Notes: generated by a model not told the origin, from the letters alone. A stretch of 64,000 nt of DNA from an uncultured Spirochaetota bacterium (GCA_963820525.1 CAWGAA010000003.1:800001-864000); one strand, 5' to 3'; counted from the first letter of the stretch, positions 20,981 to 31,457 are shown. Numbers and translations are program-made.

Positions 20981-21613
20981 ATGTTCTTAGGACATTTCGC
21001 GGTCGGATTAGCGGCCAAGCCAATCGCCCCAAAGGCATCTCTGGGAGTCCTCCTGGTCGCCACTCAAGTGATAGACATATTATACGCCGTATTCTTGATC
21101 GCCGGTGTCGATCTTGTAGGTGCTGCTAGCCCCTGGGATCATGGGCTTGTCATGTCCGCGGTCTGGTCGGTCGCGGCTTTCGCGATCGCCTTCTTGGTCT
21201 CCCGAGACCTACGGACTGGCATTGTAATCGGGCTCCTGGTCCTGAGCCATTGGGTGGGGGATTTCATCGCCTATGATCACGTCCTCCCGCTCGCGTTCGG
21301 CGGCTCTCCATCGGTCGGCATCGGCTTGTATAGCTCCGTCGTGGTGATGGTTGCCGGCGATGTTCTGCTGTTCGCCGGGGCGATCGCCATCTACCTCCTC
21401 AAGACAAAAGCGAAGGACCGCACGGGCAGGTGGTCGTTTTGGCTCATGGCAGCCTATATCTTCGCCATGATGCCGACGTGTGCATTACCGGGGAAGCTGG
21501 TAATCATTGCGGCTTTCCTGATGCTCACCTTGTTGCCGTTCGGAATCTGGATCGACCGCCATCGTTTCGTGATCCCCTCCCGTATCGACGGACAAGGAGG
21601 CAAAGATGTATAG
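20981..21613 (+). CDS. Membrane protein (metal-dependent hydrolase-like)
   Basis: MFLGHF, DHGL and SHWVGD motifs; several TM segments. Confidence 0.6.
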   Translation: MFLGHFAVGLAAKPIAPKASLGVLLVATQVIDILYAVFLIAGVDLVGAASPWDHGLVMSAVWSVAAFAIAFLVSRDLRTGIVIGLLVLSHWVGDFIAYDHVLPLAFGGSPSVGIGLYSSVVVMVAGDVLLFAGAIAIYLLKTKAKDRTGRWSFWLMAAYIFAMMPTCALPGKLVIIAAFLMLTLLPFGIWIDRHRFVIPSRIDGQGGKDV

Positions 21614-22169
21614 AGCTCTCAAGATCATAATCGCCATCTCGGCCATTTCCTTTTTCAGCGCAGGCTGCGAAACCTGGGACATGCCCGTGTATAAGGACCC
21701 CGTTGTTCTCGGATCCGACGGTTCCTCGGGCCGGATCGCCATTGTCTACCATCCCGGCGCAACGGCTTTTACGGAAAGCATGGTGACGAGATTGGGGCAG
21801 GAGCTGGCCTCCAGAGGCTACATTGCCACATTGTTCACGGCCAATCCCGAGCTTTCCCTGGATCAGGGAAGCTACACGGCGCTCGTCCTCGGCTCTCCAG
21901 TCTACGGAGCGGAGATACGTCCGCCGGTCAAGGATTTCATTATCGCGAACGCGCCCTTCTCCATTCCCGTCTTCGCTCTGCTCACCGGCGGCTTCGGGAC
22001 GGCGTGGTATGAAGAAAATGACCTCCCGGCGCTTATCAACTTTCTCAAGCAAGCGAACGTGAGCCTCACCGCTTGTGTCAAGATCGCTGCGGGAAGCTTC
22101 GAACCGGAAATCAAGAAACGCATCGCTTACTTGAGCGATGCGATCGACGGCGTTTTGGGGAATGACTGA
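21606..22169 (+). CDS. Flavodoxin-like lipoprotein
   Basis: Lipobox SAGC; LVLGSPVYG flavodoxin-like motif. Confidence 0.6.
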   Translation: MYRALKIIIAISAISFFSAGCETWDMPVYKDPVVLGSDGSSGRIAIVYHPGATAFTESMVTRLGQELASRGYIATLFTANPELSLDQGSYTALVLGSPVYGAEIRPPVKDFIIANAPFSIPVFALLTGGFGTAWYEENDLPALINFLKQANVSLTACVKIAAGSFEPEIKKRIAYLSDAIDGVLGND

Positions 22170-22197
22170 TGTCCCCGCTAAAAAGAGAGCCTTTGCG

Positions 22198-22656
22198 ATG
22201 AAGCGACGTGTCCCCGTCTTCATCATTCTGCTGCTCGTTTTCGCCGCGCTCCCCGCGGCTGCGCAGAAGGGGCCTCTCTCCATGGGGCCGATGGTTGGAG
22301 TCGTACCCGCGGGGGATTACTTCCTCATGCCCATAGGCGTGGACTTGCGCTACACCATCCTCGACTGGCTGTCATTAAGAGCGGACCTCTGTTACGCGCC
22401 CCTCGTCCCATCGGTCCAGGGCTATCCTGTCATTGCGGTCGGTGCGGAGATGGGCTCCGCGGGCTTCTACGGCAAGGTGATGGGCGAAACGCTGCTCGCC
22501 ATTGCGGAATCGCAGCTCTTCATTCCCATCGTCACCGCAGGCATGGGATTCGGCATCGTGGGGTTCTTCATAGAGATCGATTTCAATGTGCTCTTCGCCT
22601 ATGGCGCCATTGCGCCTTCCTTAGGCTCCACGTTGGGGTATCGCTTCGCGCTCTAG
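22198..22656 (+). CDS. Exported small beta-barrel-like hypothetical protein
   Basis: Signal peptide (PAAA), amphipathic strands, ends GYRFAL. Confidence 0.55.
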   Translation: MKRRVPVFIILLLVFAALPAAAQKGPLSMGPMVGVVPAGDYFLMPIGVDLRYTILDWLSLRADLCYAPLVPSVQGYPVIAVGAEMGSAGFYGKVMGETLLAIAESQLFIPIVTAGMGFGIVGFFIEIDFNVLFAYGAIAPSLGSTLGYRFAL

Positions 22657-23270
22657 TGACGCTCACCCCTTGGGCCCTTTCTGCCGGCCATCCGCAGTAT
22701 CTCCCCGAAAAGCTCGGCAACGACCGCTATCCCGTAATCCCTGAAGTTCTCTTCATTTTTCCAGAAGTCCTCCAGGCGCCCGCGGCCTTCCCGCTCGTAT
22801 CCCATCACCTTCGCCATCATCTGGACCTTGTCCAAACCCTTCACGAGCCGCGCTTCAGCCGAGGAGCCCGCCTGGAACTCCGCGAACAGCCGCTTCCACT
22901 GCGCATCCTGGCCGTCAAAGAGTCGATCGAACACATCGTTTTCCACAGCCGTCTTTGCGGCGCGAAACTGGGAGTCTCCCACCGGCATGGGGATGTCCAT
23001 CATCTTGGACTCCGGAAGGTCGTGGATCAGCGCCATCCGCATGGCGGCGAGTACGTCCATCGGCGGCTGTGCGAGGGGAGCCACGAGGCACACCAGAAGC
23101 GTCAGGGCATGGCTGTGGGCCGCAACGCTCTCGGGCTCTGCCACTCCGCGAAGGAGGTAACCGGACCTGGGGACCCGATCCAGCGGGTGAAGCTGAAGAA
23201 GCAGGTCAATGATCGCGCCGATTGAACCGGAAGGAGAAGGCTGAGCCGGCAATGTCATGCGCCGAATCAT
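22653..23270 (-). CDS. HD-domain hydrolase (YfbR/HDDC2-like)
   Basis: RSGY, ESVAAHS, LIHDLPE and LDKVQM motifs; start uncertain. Confidence 0.85.
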   Translation of the reverse strand: MIRRMTLPAQPSPSGSIGAIIDLLLQLHPLDRVPRSGYLLRGVAEPESVAAHSHALTLLVCLVAPLAQPPMDVLAAMRMALIHDLPESKMMDIPMPVGDSQFRAAKTAVENDVFDRLFDGQDAQWKRLFAEFQAGSSAEARLVKGLDKVQMMAKVMGYEREGRGRLEDFWKNEENFRDYGIAVVAELFGEILRMAGRKGPRGERH

Positions 23271-23335
23271 ATCACAGCGGCGCGTCTTGCGCCTCCACGC
23301 CCATTCACTGTACCTTCACTCTAAAGGAGGATGAT

Positions 23336-24121
23336 ATGAAGCGAATCGCGGTATCTCTGATCGCTCTCCTTGTCGCCTTCTCGACGTTCGCACAGGCAAA
23401 ACTGCCGGATCTGAAGGGCAGGACCATCCGTGCCGTCACGGAGAACGCCTACACCCCGCTCAACTTCGTGGATCCCAAGACGGGCAAAGCGATGGGGTGG
23501 GAATACGATGCCGTGAACGAAATCGGAAAAAGACTGAACGCAAAGATCGCCTGGAACATCTGCTCGTGGGACACGATGATCCAGGCCATCCGCGACGCCC
23601 AGTACGACGTGGGCATGGACGGGATCTCGATTACGGACGAGAGGAAGAAGCAGGTGGCGTTTTCAGATCCGTACATGGTGAGCCAGCAGTTCATGCTGGT
23701 GCGCAAGGGCGAAAACCGGTTCAAGAACGCGGCGGAGTTCGGCCCGGACCCGAAGCTTCTCATCGGCTCGCAGGCGGGCACGACGAACTTCTACGTGGCG
23801 GTGTACAACGTCCTGGACGGCAAGGAGGACAACCCGAGGATCAAGCTGTTCGAGACGTTCGGCGCCGCGGTCCAGGCGCTCATAGCCGGGGACGTGGATT
23901 GTGTGCTCATGGACGCCGCGTCCAGCAGGGGCTACGTAGGCGCCAACCCCGACAAGCTCAAGGTCATCGGAGACCCCCTGGGAACGGACTACTTCGGCTT
24001 CATCTTCAAGCTCGGGTCGGATCTGGTGGCGCCCTTCAACGCGGCCATCGCGGCGATGAAGACGGACGGCACGCTGGACAGGCTCAACACGAAGTGGTTC
24101 TACGAGTATAGCGCAAAATAG
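23336..24121 (+). CDS. Amino-acid ABC transporter substrate-binding protein
   Basis: Signal peptide, [24 protein letters not shown]. Confidence 0.9.
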   Translation: MKRIAVSLIALLVAFSTFAQAKLPDLKGRTIRAVTENAYTPLNFVDPKTGKAMGWEYDAVNEIGKRLNAKIAWNICSWDTMIQAIRDAQYDVGMDGISITDERKKQVAFSDPYMVSQQFMLVRKGENRFKNAAEFGPDPKLLIGSQAGTTNFYVAVYNVLDGKEDNPRIKLFETFGAAVQALIAGDVDCVLMDAASSRGYVGANPDKLKVIGDPLGTDYFGFIFKLGSDLVAPFNAAIAAMKTDGTLDRLNTKWFYEYSAK

Positions 24122-24125
24122 CCCG

Positions 24126-24977
24126 GTGACCGGCAAACGGGAAGGCGGGGAGCGCTTCCTGCCTTTCGCGGACAGGCTGAAGCGGCTCCCCTTCTGGCTC
24201 CTGGGAATCATCCTGCTCGGCGTGCTGGTGCTCTGGAGCATCGCCAGCAGGAGCGACTACCGGGTCATCTTCCGGGCCACGGCGAAAGGGCTTCTCACGA
24301 CGCTGTGGGTATCCCTGATCGCCTACTTGTTTTCCATCGTCGTCGGCCTGTTCCTCGGCCTGTGCAGGACCTCCCCTTCCCGCGCCATACGGGAGATCGC
24401 CACCTTCTGGGTGGAGATCGTGCGGGGCGTCCCCATGCTCGTGATCCTGTACTACATCGCCTTCATCGGAGCCCCGGGGCTGGTGGAGGCGGTGAACTTC
24501 ATCCTCTCTCCCCTGGTGAGGGCCGGGATCCTGGCGCCCCTGAGTATCAGAAGCATCGATTTCAGCTGGAGGGCCATCATCGCCCTCACCCTCGGCTACG
24601 GCGCGTTCATCTCAGAGATATTCAGGGCGGGCATTGAATCCATCCAGGCCGGCCAGTGGGAGGCCGCCTTTGCCCTGGGGCTTCGAAGGGGACAGGTACT
24701 GCGCCTCATCGTCCTGCCCCAGGCGGTGCGAAACGTGCTTCCGCCGCTGGGCAACGAGTTCGTAGCGATGATAAAGGACTCGGCGCTTGTCAGTGCCCTG
24801 GGCGTGCAGGACGTGACCCAGATGGGCAAGGTCTATGCGGCGAGCACCTTCAAGTTCTTCGAGACGTACAACATAGTCGCCTTCCTCTACCTGTTCCTCA
24901 CCATCACGCTTTCCATGCTCGTGCGGCTTCTGGAGAAAAGGCTGAAAGCCGGCCGAAGCAGGGCCGTGGGCAGGTAG
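24126..24977 (+). CDS. Amino-acid ABC transporter permease
   Basis: [24 protein letters not shown] and IKDSAL motifs. Confidence 0.92.
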   Translation: MTGKREGGERFLPFADRLKRLPFWLLGIILLGVLVLWSIASRSDYRVIFRATAKGLLTTLWVSLIAYLFSIVVGLFLGLCRTSPSRAIREIATFWVEIVRGVPMLVILYYIAFIGAPGLVEAVNFILSPLVRAGILAPLSIRSIDFSWRAIIALTLGYGAFISEIFRAGIESIQAGQWEAAFALGLRRGQVLRLIVLPQAVRNVLPPLGNEFVAMIKDSALVSALGVQDVTQMGKVYAASTFKFFETYNIVAFLYLFLTITLSMLVRLLEKRLKAGRSRAVGR

Positions 24978-25033
24978 GAAAAATGCGCGCCGCGATGAAG
25001 CGGACGCATGGTTGAAAAAGGAGGCACGAGTCC

Positions 25034-25768
25034 ATGAAAACTGCGGGATCATCTCGAGAAGCCGGCAATCGTGCGGACCCATCCTGGAGGCTGCTCTATG
25101 CGGCAGGGAGCGCCTCGGCGCTGCTTTACGTCATCATGATCGTCATTCCCCTCACTCTTGTGTTCACCTCTCCCCAGCCTCCGAGCTCGGGAGGAGCGGC
25201 CGTATTGCAGTACATCGCGTCACACAAGGCAATCTACATGGTCGAGCTTGTGTGCTTTGTCGGCCTGAGCGTCCCGGCACTCGTCGTTTTCCTCGCTCTT
25301 TCGGTTTCCCTCAAAGAGCTGAACAAGAGCCTGGCTGCAATTGGCGCTTTGATCGGAATTGTTTCCGAAGTCCTGGCTTTGGCGTTGAACAGCAGCCCCC
25401 CGTCGCTCAACGGCAATCTGGTGTACCTCAGCGCTCAATACGCGGCGGCAGCCACCGATGCCCAGCGTCTGGCGGCGGCGGCCGCAGCCGAGGGTTTCAT
25501 CGCAGAGGCGAACGCCGTTTCTTCCGTCGGCTCATTGACCGCGCTCGGCATTCTGATCCTTTCAGTGGTCATGCTGAAGGGCGTCTTCCGCAAGGGTGCC
25601 GCGTACTTAGGCATTGCGACGGGTGTCGTGGGAATGGTCTTTGAAGCTCTCAGACCGCTGATTGGTTTCGCCTATGGCATCTATGGGCTTCTGCTGCCGG
25701 TATGGTTCGTGGTTGTCGGTTTGAAGCTGTATCAACTGAGCCGCAGTCCCCAACCCGGACAGGGGTGA
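25034..25768 (+). CDS. Membrane protein (DUF4386-like)
   Basis: Six TM segments; GGAGG RBS. Confidence 0.6.
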   Translation: MKTAGSSREAGNRADPSWRLLYAAGSASALLYVIMIVIPLTLVFTSPQPPSSGGAAVLQYIASHKAIYMVELVCFVGLSVPALVVFLALSVSLKELNKSLAAIGALIGIVSEVLALALNSSPPSLNGNLVYLSAQYAAAATDAQRLAAAAAAEGFIAEANAVSSVGSLTALGILILSVVMLKGVFRKGAAYLGIATGVVGMVFEALRPLIGFAYGIYGLLLPVWFVVVGLKLYQLSRSPQPGQG

Positions 25769-25825
25769 AAAAAGTGAAATTCACAATAACTGCCGGATCA
25801 TGGCGTTATTGCGAAATTCACACAA

Positions 25826-26623
25826 TTAGAGCGGGCTCTTGATCTTGGCGGCGGTTCTCTCCGTGACATGGAGATAGATCATAGTCGTTTTGACGCTCTT
25901 ATGCCCCAGAAGATCCTTTATCGAGCGTATGTCGATGCCGTTTGAAAGCAGAGCGGTAGCGAAAGAATGCCGTAGAGTGTGGCATGATGCCCGTTTTTGG
26001 ATGCCGCTGCCTTCATAGGCATGGGCGAAAATCGCCTGGACCGTTCTCTTGGTGTACGGTTTCCGGCTTTGGGTGAGGAAAAGGAACTCCTTGCCGTCCC
26101 GATCCCGTACAAGAGCCTTTAACTCCGCCGCGAGGGCTTCCGAGAATACCGTGATCCGGTCCTTGTTCTGCTTTGAATTGACTATCCGGACAGTCAGGGA
26201 AGGGAAATCAAGATCCCGGATTTTAATCCTCACGAGCTCACTCACCCTGAGGCCCGAGCCGAACAGCATGGAGATCATCAGGCGGTGCTTCGGGTTACGG
26301 ATCCTTGACAGAAGAATCAGAATGTCGGCTTTTTCCAGGAACGAGGGAAGCCGGTGTCTTGGACGGGCCTTTTCCAGCTTGTAGGGGCAGGGTTTTTTCA
26401 AAACCAGCTCGTAAAACAGCTTGATTGCGTTCCAGGCGATTCGTCTGGCTTCCTGCGATTCATAGGTGGACAGGAACCGGGATATCCTTTCCACAGGCTC
26501 GAATGCGGTCTTCTTGGAAAACTCAAGGAAGCGGCTTAAGCCGTTGCGATACGCCCTGATGGTGTTCGTTGCATATCCGCGGTTCCTCGATTCCCGAAGG
26601 AAAGCGTCCAGATAATGGTCCAT
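25826..26623 (-). CDS. Tyrosine recombinase, putative cassette integrase lacking the IntI-specific insertion
   Basis: GLRVSE, K, HTLRH, LLGH and TTMIY catalytic set; C-terminal SPL; divergent from cassette array. Confidence 0.93.
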   Translation of the reverse strand: MDHYLDAFLRESRNRGYATNTIRAYRNGLSRFLEFSKKTAFEPVERISRFLSTYESQEARRIAWNAIKLFYELVLKKPCPYKLEKARPRHRLPSFLEKADILILLSRIRNPKHRLMISMLFGSGLRVSELVRIKIRDLDFPSLTVRIVNSKQNKDRITVFSEALAAELKALVRDRDGKEFLFLTQSRKPYTKRTVQAIFAHAYEGSGIQKRASCHTLRHSFATALLSNGIDIRSIKDLLGHKSVKTTMIYLHVTERTAAKIKSPL

Positions 26624-26665
26624 GAAAAGCGCACTCCCCTACCTGTGTATACGGCGGGAACGTGC

Positions 26666-26693
26666 TTGATGATTGGGGAAGATGGTTTATAAT
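26666..26693 (+). promoter_or_regulatory. Putative cassette promoter (Pc-like)
   Basis: TTGATG-16bp-TATAAT pointing into the array. Confidence 0.6.
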
Positions 26694-26707
26694 GAGGCAG
26701 AAAAAGA

Positions 26708-26732
26708 GAAATTCACACACAACGAGTTGAAC
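26708..26732 (+). other. Putative primary attI-like site; crossover G|TTGAAC at 26726
   Basis: Identity with the other three transposase cassettes begins exactly at this GTTGAAC, with no hairpin upstream. Confidence 0.75.
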
Positions 26733-26808
26733 AAAATCGCTCCGCGATGGCTTTCATCAAGCCTTAGTCTTCATTCGCCGCCATGAAAGCAAGACAGATG
26801 TTTCCCGC

Positions 26809-28011
26809 TTGTTATACAGCATGGGCTATATTGAAGCGGCAACGGTTTTTCCAAGACCCAAATTCGAAGTCGCCGATGTTTTCAGACAAAGCACCCAGTT
26901 ACTGAAAGGCATCAGTTATGATCATTGGAAAGTCGTAAACGCAATCATAAACTGCCGCGGTCCGAAATTGGGCGGCCATAAACTTGTTTGCCATGAATGC
27001 GGGTATGAACAGATATCCTATAATTCATGCAGGAACCGGCATTGCCCCAAATGCCAGGCGAGCAAGCAGGCGCAATGGGTTTACGAGCGGACACAAGAGC
27101 TTCTGCCCATAAAATATTTCCATATCGTCTTCACCGTCCCGGCGGTATTGAATTCCCTTATTCTCCAGAATAAAAGAGTGCTCTACGACATTCTCTTTCA
27201 CGCCGCAAACGAGACTCTTCAAGAAGCCGCGGGAAACCCGAAGAATCTCGGCGCGAAGATCGGATTTATCGCCATTCTCCACACCTGGAGCCAAAACCTA
27301 CTTGACCATCCACATCTGCACTGCATTGTTACCGGAGGGGGATTGAGCCGGGATAAATCCGCATGGATTGAAAGCAGGAACAACTTCTTTATCTCGATAC
27401 ACATTCTCAATCGATTGTTCAGAGGTAAATACCTGCATTATTTGAAACAGGCATATGCAGCAAAAGAGTTGAGTTTCTTTGGTAAGTTACGCAAGACAGC
27501 AGAGACAGCCGGGTTTGCAAAGGTGTTGGATGAATGTTATGCGAAAAAATGGATCGTCTACGCCAAAAAGCCGTTTTCCAATCCGTTACGCGTACTGAAA
27601 TATATAGGGCACTATACGCATCGGGTAGCGATCAGCAACAAACGGATATTGAATTTCACCGGCGGAAACGTGAGCTTTATATGGAAGGACTACAGGAATA
27701 GAAACCGGAAAAAGGTAATGACACTTGGCGCCTCCGAGTTCATGAGAAGATTTCTCCTGCATGTGCTGCCGGAAGGATTCAAGCGTATACGATTTTACGG
27801 CCTCTTGAGCAACGGGCACAAAAATGAGAATCTGAAATACATCCGTCGTTTGTTATGCATCGATCTAGAATCTCAACAGCGATCGTATGATTTTTTCTTG
27901 GAAGCGCCTGAGACTATCGAAAAAAGATGTCCCCGCTGCAAGAGCGCGAATATTCAGATTATTGAGCTCCCGCCGGAAAATACCGCTGAAAGTTATTGGA
28001 ACAGCGCGTAA
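26809..28011 (+). CDS. IS91-family (Y2/HUH) transposase, cassette copy 1
   Basis: Zn motifs CHEC and CRNRHCPKC, HUH motif HPHLH, YIGHY; ATG start may be 26821. Confidence 0.92.
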   Translation: MLYSMGYIEAATVFPRPKFEVADVFRQSTQLLKGISYDHWKVVNAIINCRGPKLGGHKLVCHECGYEQISYNSCRNRHCPKCQASKQAQWVYERTQELLPIKYFHIVFTVPAVLNSLILQNKRVLYDILFHAANETLQEAAGNPKNLGAKIGFIAILHTWSQNLLDHPHLHCIVTGGGLSRDKSAWIESRNNFFISIHILNRLFRGKYLHYLKQAYAAKELSFFGKLRKTAETAGFAKVLDECYAKKWIVYAKKPFSNPLRVLKYIGHYTHRVAISNKRILNFTGGNVSFIWKDYRNRNRKKVMTLGASEFMRRFLLHVLPEGFKRIRFYGLLSNGHKNENLKYIRRLLCIDLESQQRSYDFFLEAPETIEKRCPRCKSANIQIIELPPENTAESYWNSA

Positions 28012-28041
28012 TAAAACCCATAGCGCGGGCGGAGCGACTTC

Positions 28042-28236
28042 GTTCAACATAGGGTTTACGCTCCGCTCCCTCCGGTCGCTCCGGGCTTCGCCACATGCCC
28101 CTCTGGCACAGGGCTTGCAGATCAAATCTTCTTACGGTCCTCTAAGATGTGTGGTACACTCTTTTCTATGTTTTGCGGGGCAACCCCTGTGCCAGCCCTT
28201 CGGGACGGGGCATGTCGTAAACCCTTTACGTTATAC
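28042..28236. repeat. Outer attC-like site (transposase subtype)
   Basis: GTTCAAC...GGGTTTACG/CGTAAACCC...GTTATAC with internal stems. Confidence 0.85.
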
Positions 28237-28240
28237 GCCA

Positions 28241-28280
28241 TTGCGCCTTTGTGCATCAGCTGTATAATATGATGTTAGCT
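28241..28280 (+). promoter_or_regulatory. Carrier head: promoter plus inner attI-like site
   Basis: TTGCGC-16-TATAAT-ATGAT-GTTAGCT. Confidence 0.7.
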
Positions 28281-28337
28281 CCTTTAAAGAATTTTTACGT
28301 CATTATTATATCTCTGGATTTTGCTTAGAAATACTAT

Positions 28338-28838
28338 ATGTCACAGAAAATGATGACTAGAAATTATCGGTCTGCAATAATTATTTTTATTGGCATTTTG
28401 TTAGTATCGCTTTTGGGATATTTTTTAATAACCAAGAACACTATTGTTGAAGTGTTAAAGTATAGAGAATTCAAAAATGAGCTTGATTCTTTTATAAAGA
28501 ATTTGAATAAGAATGAATTTGAAAAAGCTGCCTATCAATTCCATTTTCTTGAAGCACAAAGTATTGGAATTGAACAATTAAAAAGAAACTTAGAGTCTAT
28601 AAAGAATAGATTTGGTAAAATAATTAATGGATCTAATAATATAACTTATTTAAAAACTAATAATGATAATATTTCATATTATGCCATTATTAGAATAGAG
28701 AATCCAAAAAATGATGGTGAAGTATTAGAAATAGTTGTGTATGAAGAAAATGGATACGGGAAACCTACTATTACTATATTTAATGGAATTGAATTTAAGG
28801 ATGAAATAAATCTCACAGATTGGGTAATAATGAATTAA
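28338..28838 (+). CDS. AT-rich membrane-anchored hypothetical protein (inner cassette)
   Basis: 166-aa ORF with N-terminal TM, followed by attC. Confidence 0.75.
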   Translation: MSQKMMTRNYRSAIIIFIGILLVSLLGYFLITKNTIVEVLKYREFKNELDSFIKNLNKNEFEKAAYQFHFLEAQSIGIEQLKRNLESIKNRFGKIINGSNNITYLKTNNDNISYYAIIRIENPKNDGEVLEIVVYEENGYGKPTITIFNGIEFKDEINLTDWVIMN

Positions 28839-28846
28839 GGAAAAGG

Positions 28847-28965
28847 AGCTAACATGCTGTTGAACTTGACGCCTAACACTTGTTGCAGCCATAGTTGCCT
28901 ACGTCCATAGAACCTTATTGCTTTTGGCTTCGGGTCGGCGGCGCAAGTTAACAGCGTTGTTATCT
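28847..28965. repeat. Inner classical-type attC
   Basis: AGCTAAC-ATGCT-GTTGAACTTG...CAAGTTAAC-AGCGTT-GTTATCT, extrahelical base in L box. Confidence 0.85.
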
Positions 28966-29013
28966 GGCCCCAAGTCCTTTCAAGATTGCCGTGGCCAATA
29001 GGAGAACCGATGA

Positions 29014-31026
29014 ATGAGTGCCAAACGTGCAGCTGTGACCGCAGGACTCCATCCAGAAGCGAACCTTTCACATTTCACTCCGTACGAGCAGGAACTAATC
29101 CAGAAGCAGTTCTGCACCGAGTTCTATGTAACAAACCAAGGCGGCGTAGTCGAGCTGAGCAGGACATCGGTCTACAGATTCTTCTTGATCAAGCCAACCA
29201 CAGTCTATCAGGAGCAGTTTAACCTCGATCGGGAGATTGTCGTTCTCTTTAGCGACTATCCGAATTTTGAGCCGCGTACGCTGGATGCTATTGAGGAAGC
29301 TTATAAAAGGTACCAGGAACTCCGCATAGAGAAGATATGCTCAGTTCTTATAAGTAGAGATGTGGAAATTGAGCAAAAAATAAAAAGCCTCCTGAAAAAC
29401 ACCAGTGAGAGCCAGATCATCGTTCCATTCCACTACAAGGAGTTGCAGACAGTCTCCGACCTATATTTCTTCAGGAATAGATTCAAAGCCCATTTCTACA
29501 GCAGAGACCTTTTCTCATATGAATCTGCACTCAAGAAGGACCTCTACTTTTTCGGCAGGAGTGATCTCGTTCACAAGGTAGTCAATAGACATCGCAGTGG
29601 AGAGAATTCCGCACTTTTCGGGCTGAGGAAAACCGGTAAGACCTCTATCATTTTCGGAATACGCAGGGTGCTAAACGCGACTGAGGAGAACTCTGTCTAC
29701 ATCGACTGCCAGGACTCCGGCTTCTATTTAAAGAGATGGAATCACGCCCTTCGCTATATAATCGACGAAATAAAATCTCAAAACCACGCGTCCGTAATCT
29801 TGTCCGATGAATCCGAATACACTGAGGATGGCTGTAGCGCGGCTTTTGCAAGAGACATATCAAAGTTGCGCAAGAAACTCGGCGGTAAGCCGATAATGAT
29901 CATTTTCGATGAGCTGGAGCGTATAACATTCGGGCTTTCTTCGGCCGAGCATTGGAAAACGGGGAAGGACTTCGTCCATTTCTGGAGAACTCTTAGGTCT
30001 CTGTTTCAGAAGCTGGAGAGCGTTTTTACCTATCTTATTGTTAGCACGAACCCTCGCTCGGTAGAGACGCCTATGGTCAACGGTGACGAGAATCCCATCT
30101 TTTCTCAAGTTCCATACGAATATATCCCGCCATTTGATGTACCTCAGACGAAGGAAATGGTCGAACGCTTGAGCCAGATCATGGGCCTTCACTTCGATGA
30201 GATTCTGTATTCGAAATTGACGGAGGATTTTGGAGGCCATCCATTTCTCATTCGCATGGTTTGCAGCGCGATCAATCGCCTTTGTGACTCAACGCGGCCA
30301 GTGAGAGTCGATAAAACCGTTTACGAGAAAGGCAAGCAACTCTTCAATAAAGAATATAGTAGCTACATAGAGATGGTGGTCACTGTTCTTCGAGAGAGCT
30401 ATTCCGACGAGTTCGAAATGCTCAAGTTCCTAGCGCTTGGCGACATACCGACCTTTATGGAGTTCGCCTCCGCATCTCGAGAGTACACAAATCACCTTCT
30501 CGGCTACAACATCGTTGATCAAAATAACCAATCCTACTCCTTCAAGATCGAATCGATCAGGGAGTATCTGATATCCGAGAACAAGTACAAGAAGCTAGGC
30601 TTAACAAAGAAAGAGATGCTTGCCGAGATATCCGAACGTCGCAATGAACTGGAACCCCGGCTGAGAAACTTGGTGCGCCAAATTCTGCTTGTGGCAATCG
30701 GCGAGTCTGCCGCCGCCACCCTGGTTCGCAATATCTACGGTGATCCGAGAAAAACTAGATATGCTGGCCTTTCCTACAAAGAATTGTTTAATCCAAATAG
30801 GGTAGATATCTATTGGGACGATCTTCAAAAGATTGTCTTAGCCGAATGGGACCACTTCCAGAATGTGTTCGAAAGAGACAGAGAGGCGTTCATCGTGAAT
30901 ATGAAGGCCGTCAACAAGTATCGGTCTGACGCACACGCAAAGGATATCTCTCCGGAAGAGATGGAACTCTTTCGAGTGTGCGCGACGAGATTGGAGACGC
31001 AGATACGAAACTTCTTCGGAGGATAG
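29014..31026 (+). CDS. P-loop ATPase (STAND/AAA-like) with possible C-terminal HEPN-like domain
   Basis: GLRKTGKTS Walker A, IIFDELE Walker B, GGHPF, C-terminal YRSDAH. Confidence 0.75.
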   Translation: MSAKRAAVTAGLHPEANLSHFTPYEQELIQKQFCTEFYVTNQGGVVELSRTSVYRFFLIKPTTVYQEQFNLDREIVVLFSDYPNFEPRTLDAIEEAYKRYQELRIEKICSVLISRDVEIEQKIKSLLKNTSESQIIVPFHYKELQTVSDLYFFRNRFKAHFYSRDLFSYESALKKDLYFFGRSDLVHKVVNRHRSGENSALFGLRKTGKTSIIFGIRRVLNATEENSVYIDCQDSGFYLKRWNHALRYIIDEIKSQNHASVILSDESEYTEDGCSAAFARDISKLRKKLGGKPIMIIFDELERITFGLSSAEHWKTGKDFVHFWRTLRSLFQKLESVFTYLIVSTNPRSVETPMVNGDENPIFSQVPYEYIPPFDVPQTKEMVERLSQIMGLHFDEILYSKLTEDFGGHPFLIRMVCSAINRLCDSTRPVRVDKTVYEKGKQLFNKEYSSYIEMVVTVLRESYSDEFEMLKFLALGDIPTFMEFASASREYTNHLLGYNIVDQNNQSYSFKIESIREYLISENKYKKLGLTKKEMLAEISERRNELEPRLRNLVRQILLVAIGESAAATLVRNIYGDPRKTRYAGLSYKELFNPNRVDIYWDDLQKIVLAEWDHFQNVFERDREAFIVNMKAVNKYRSDAHAKDISPEEMELFRVCATRLETQIRNFFGG

Positions 31027-31033
31027 TGGGGAT

Positions 31034-31147
31034 GGATAGCATGCGGTTGAAGCTGACGGTTTGCTTTTGTCTGATCGGTTCGCCATATCATGTTATAGAC
31101 TGTACTCTTATTAGCTGACTCGACGCAACTTAACCGCGTTTTTATAG
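31034..31147. repeat. Inner attC, degenerate
   Basis: GCGGTTGAAGCTG / CAACTTAACCGC arms; R boxes are GGATAGC and TTTATAG. Confidence 0.7.
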
Positions 31148-31196
31148 GCTGTAAATGGTAGAAAAAGGAAGTAGTTTACTACAAAGGCGCATCGGC

Positions 31197-31330
31197 GCAT
31201 AACGGCACATTGGCGTTCCGGTGCCCTACGGGCACCTTCGGGCTCCGCGGCGCTGCGGCGCGCCGCTCCGCCAAATGTCCCTCGGCCCTGTTGGCCTCTG
31301 GCCACTTCGCCAATGTGCTGCACGTTAAGT
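31197..31330. repeat. Outer attC-like site
   Basis: GCATAAC...GCACATTGGCG/CGCCAATGTGC...GTTAAGT. Confidence 0.85.
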
Positions 31331-31457
31331 GTAATGCCCGACGGAGCGCCCGCGGTATCGGACGACTAAGGTCGTCTTGCTTTGCATCCTTGGCTTGGAT
31401 AGGAGAAATGAATTGACATTAACATGAGATTCAACTTCTATTTATTGGGGTCACTGA

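Noticed and set aside
180..25644. Many long antisense or off-frame ORFs in the backbone
   Set aside because: Shadow ORFs of high-GC genes that have clear motifs in another frame.
27865..28267. Recurring short ORFs over att sites (also 36706, 37289, 46153, 47242, 58045)
   Set aside because: They are translations of GC-rich repeats and recur only because the repeats do.
28263..28280. Carrier heads as dif/pdif (XerCD) sites
   Set aside because: ATAAT...TGTTA resembles dif arms, but the 11-6-11 geometry and TTATGTTAAAT arm are absent, and the GTT pairs with a downstream attC box.
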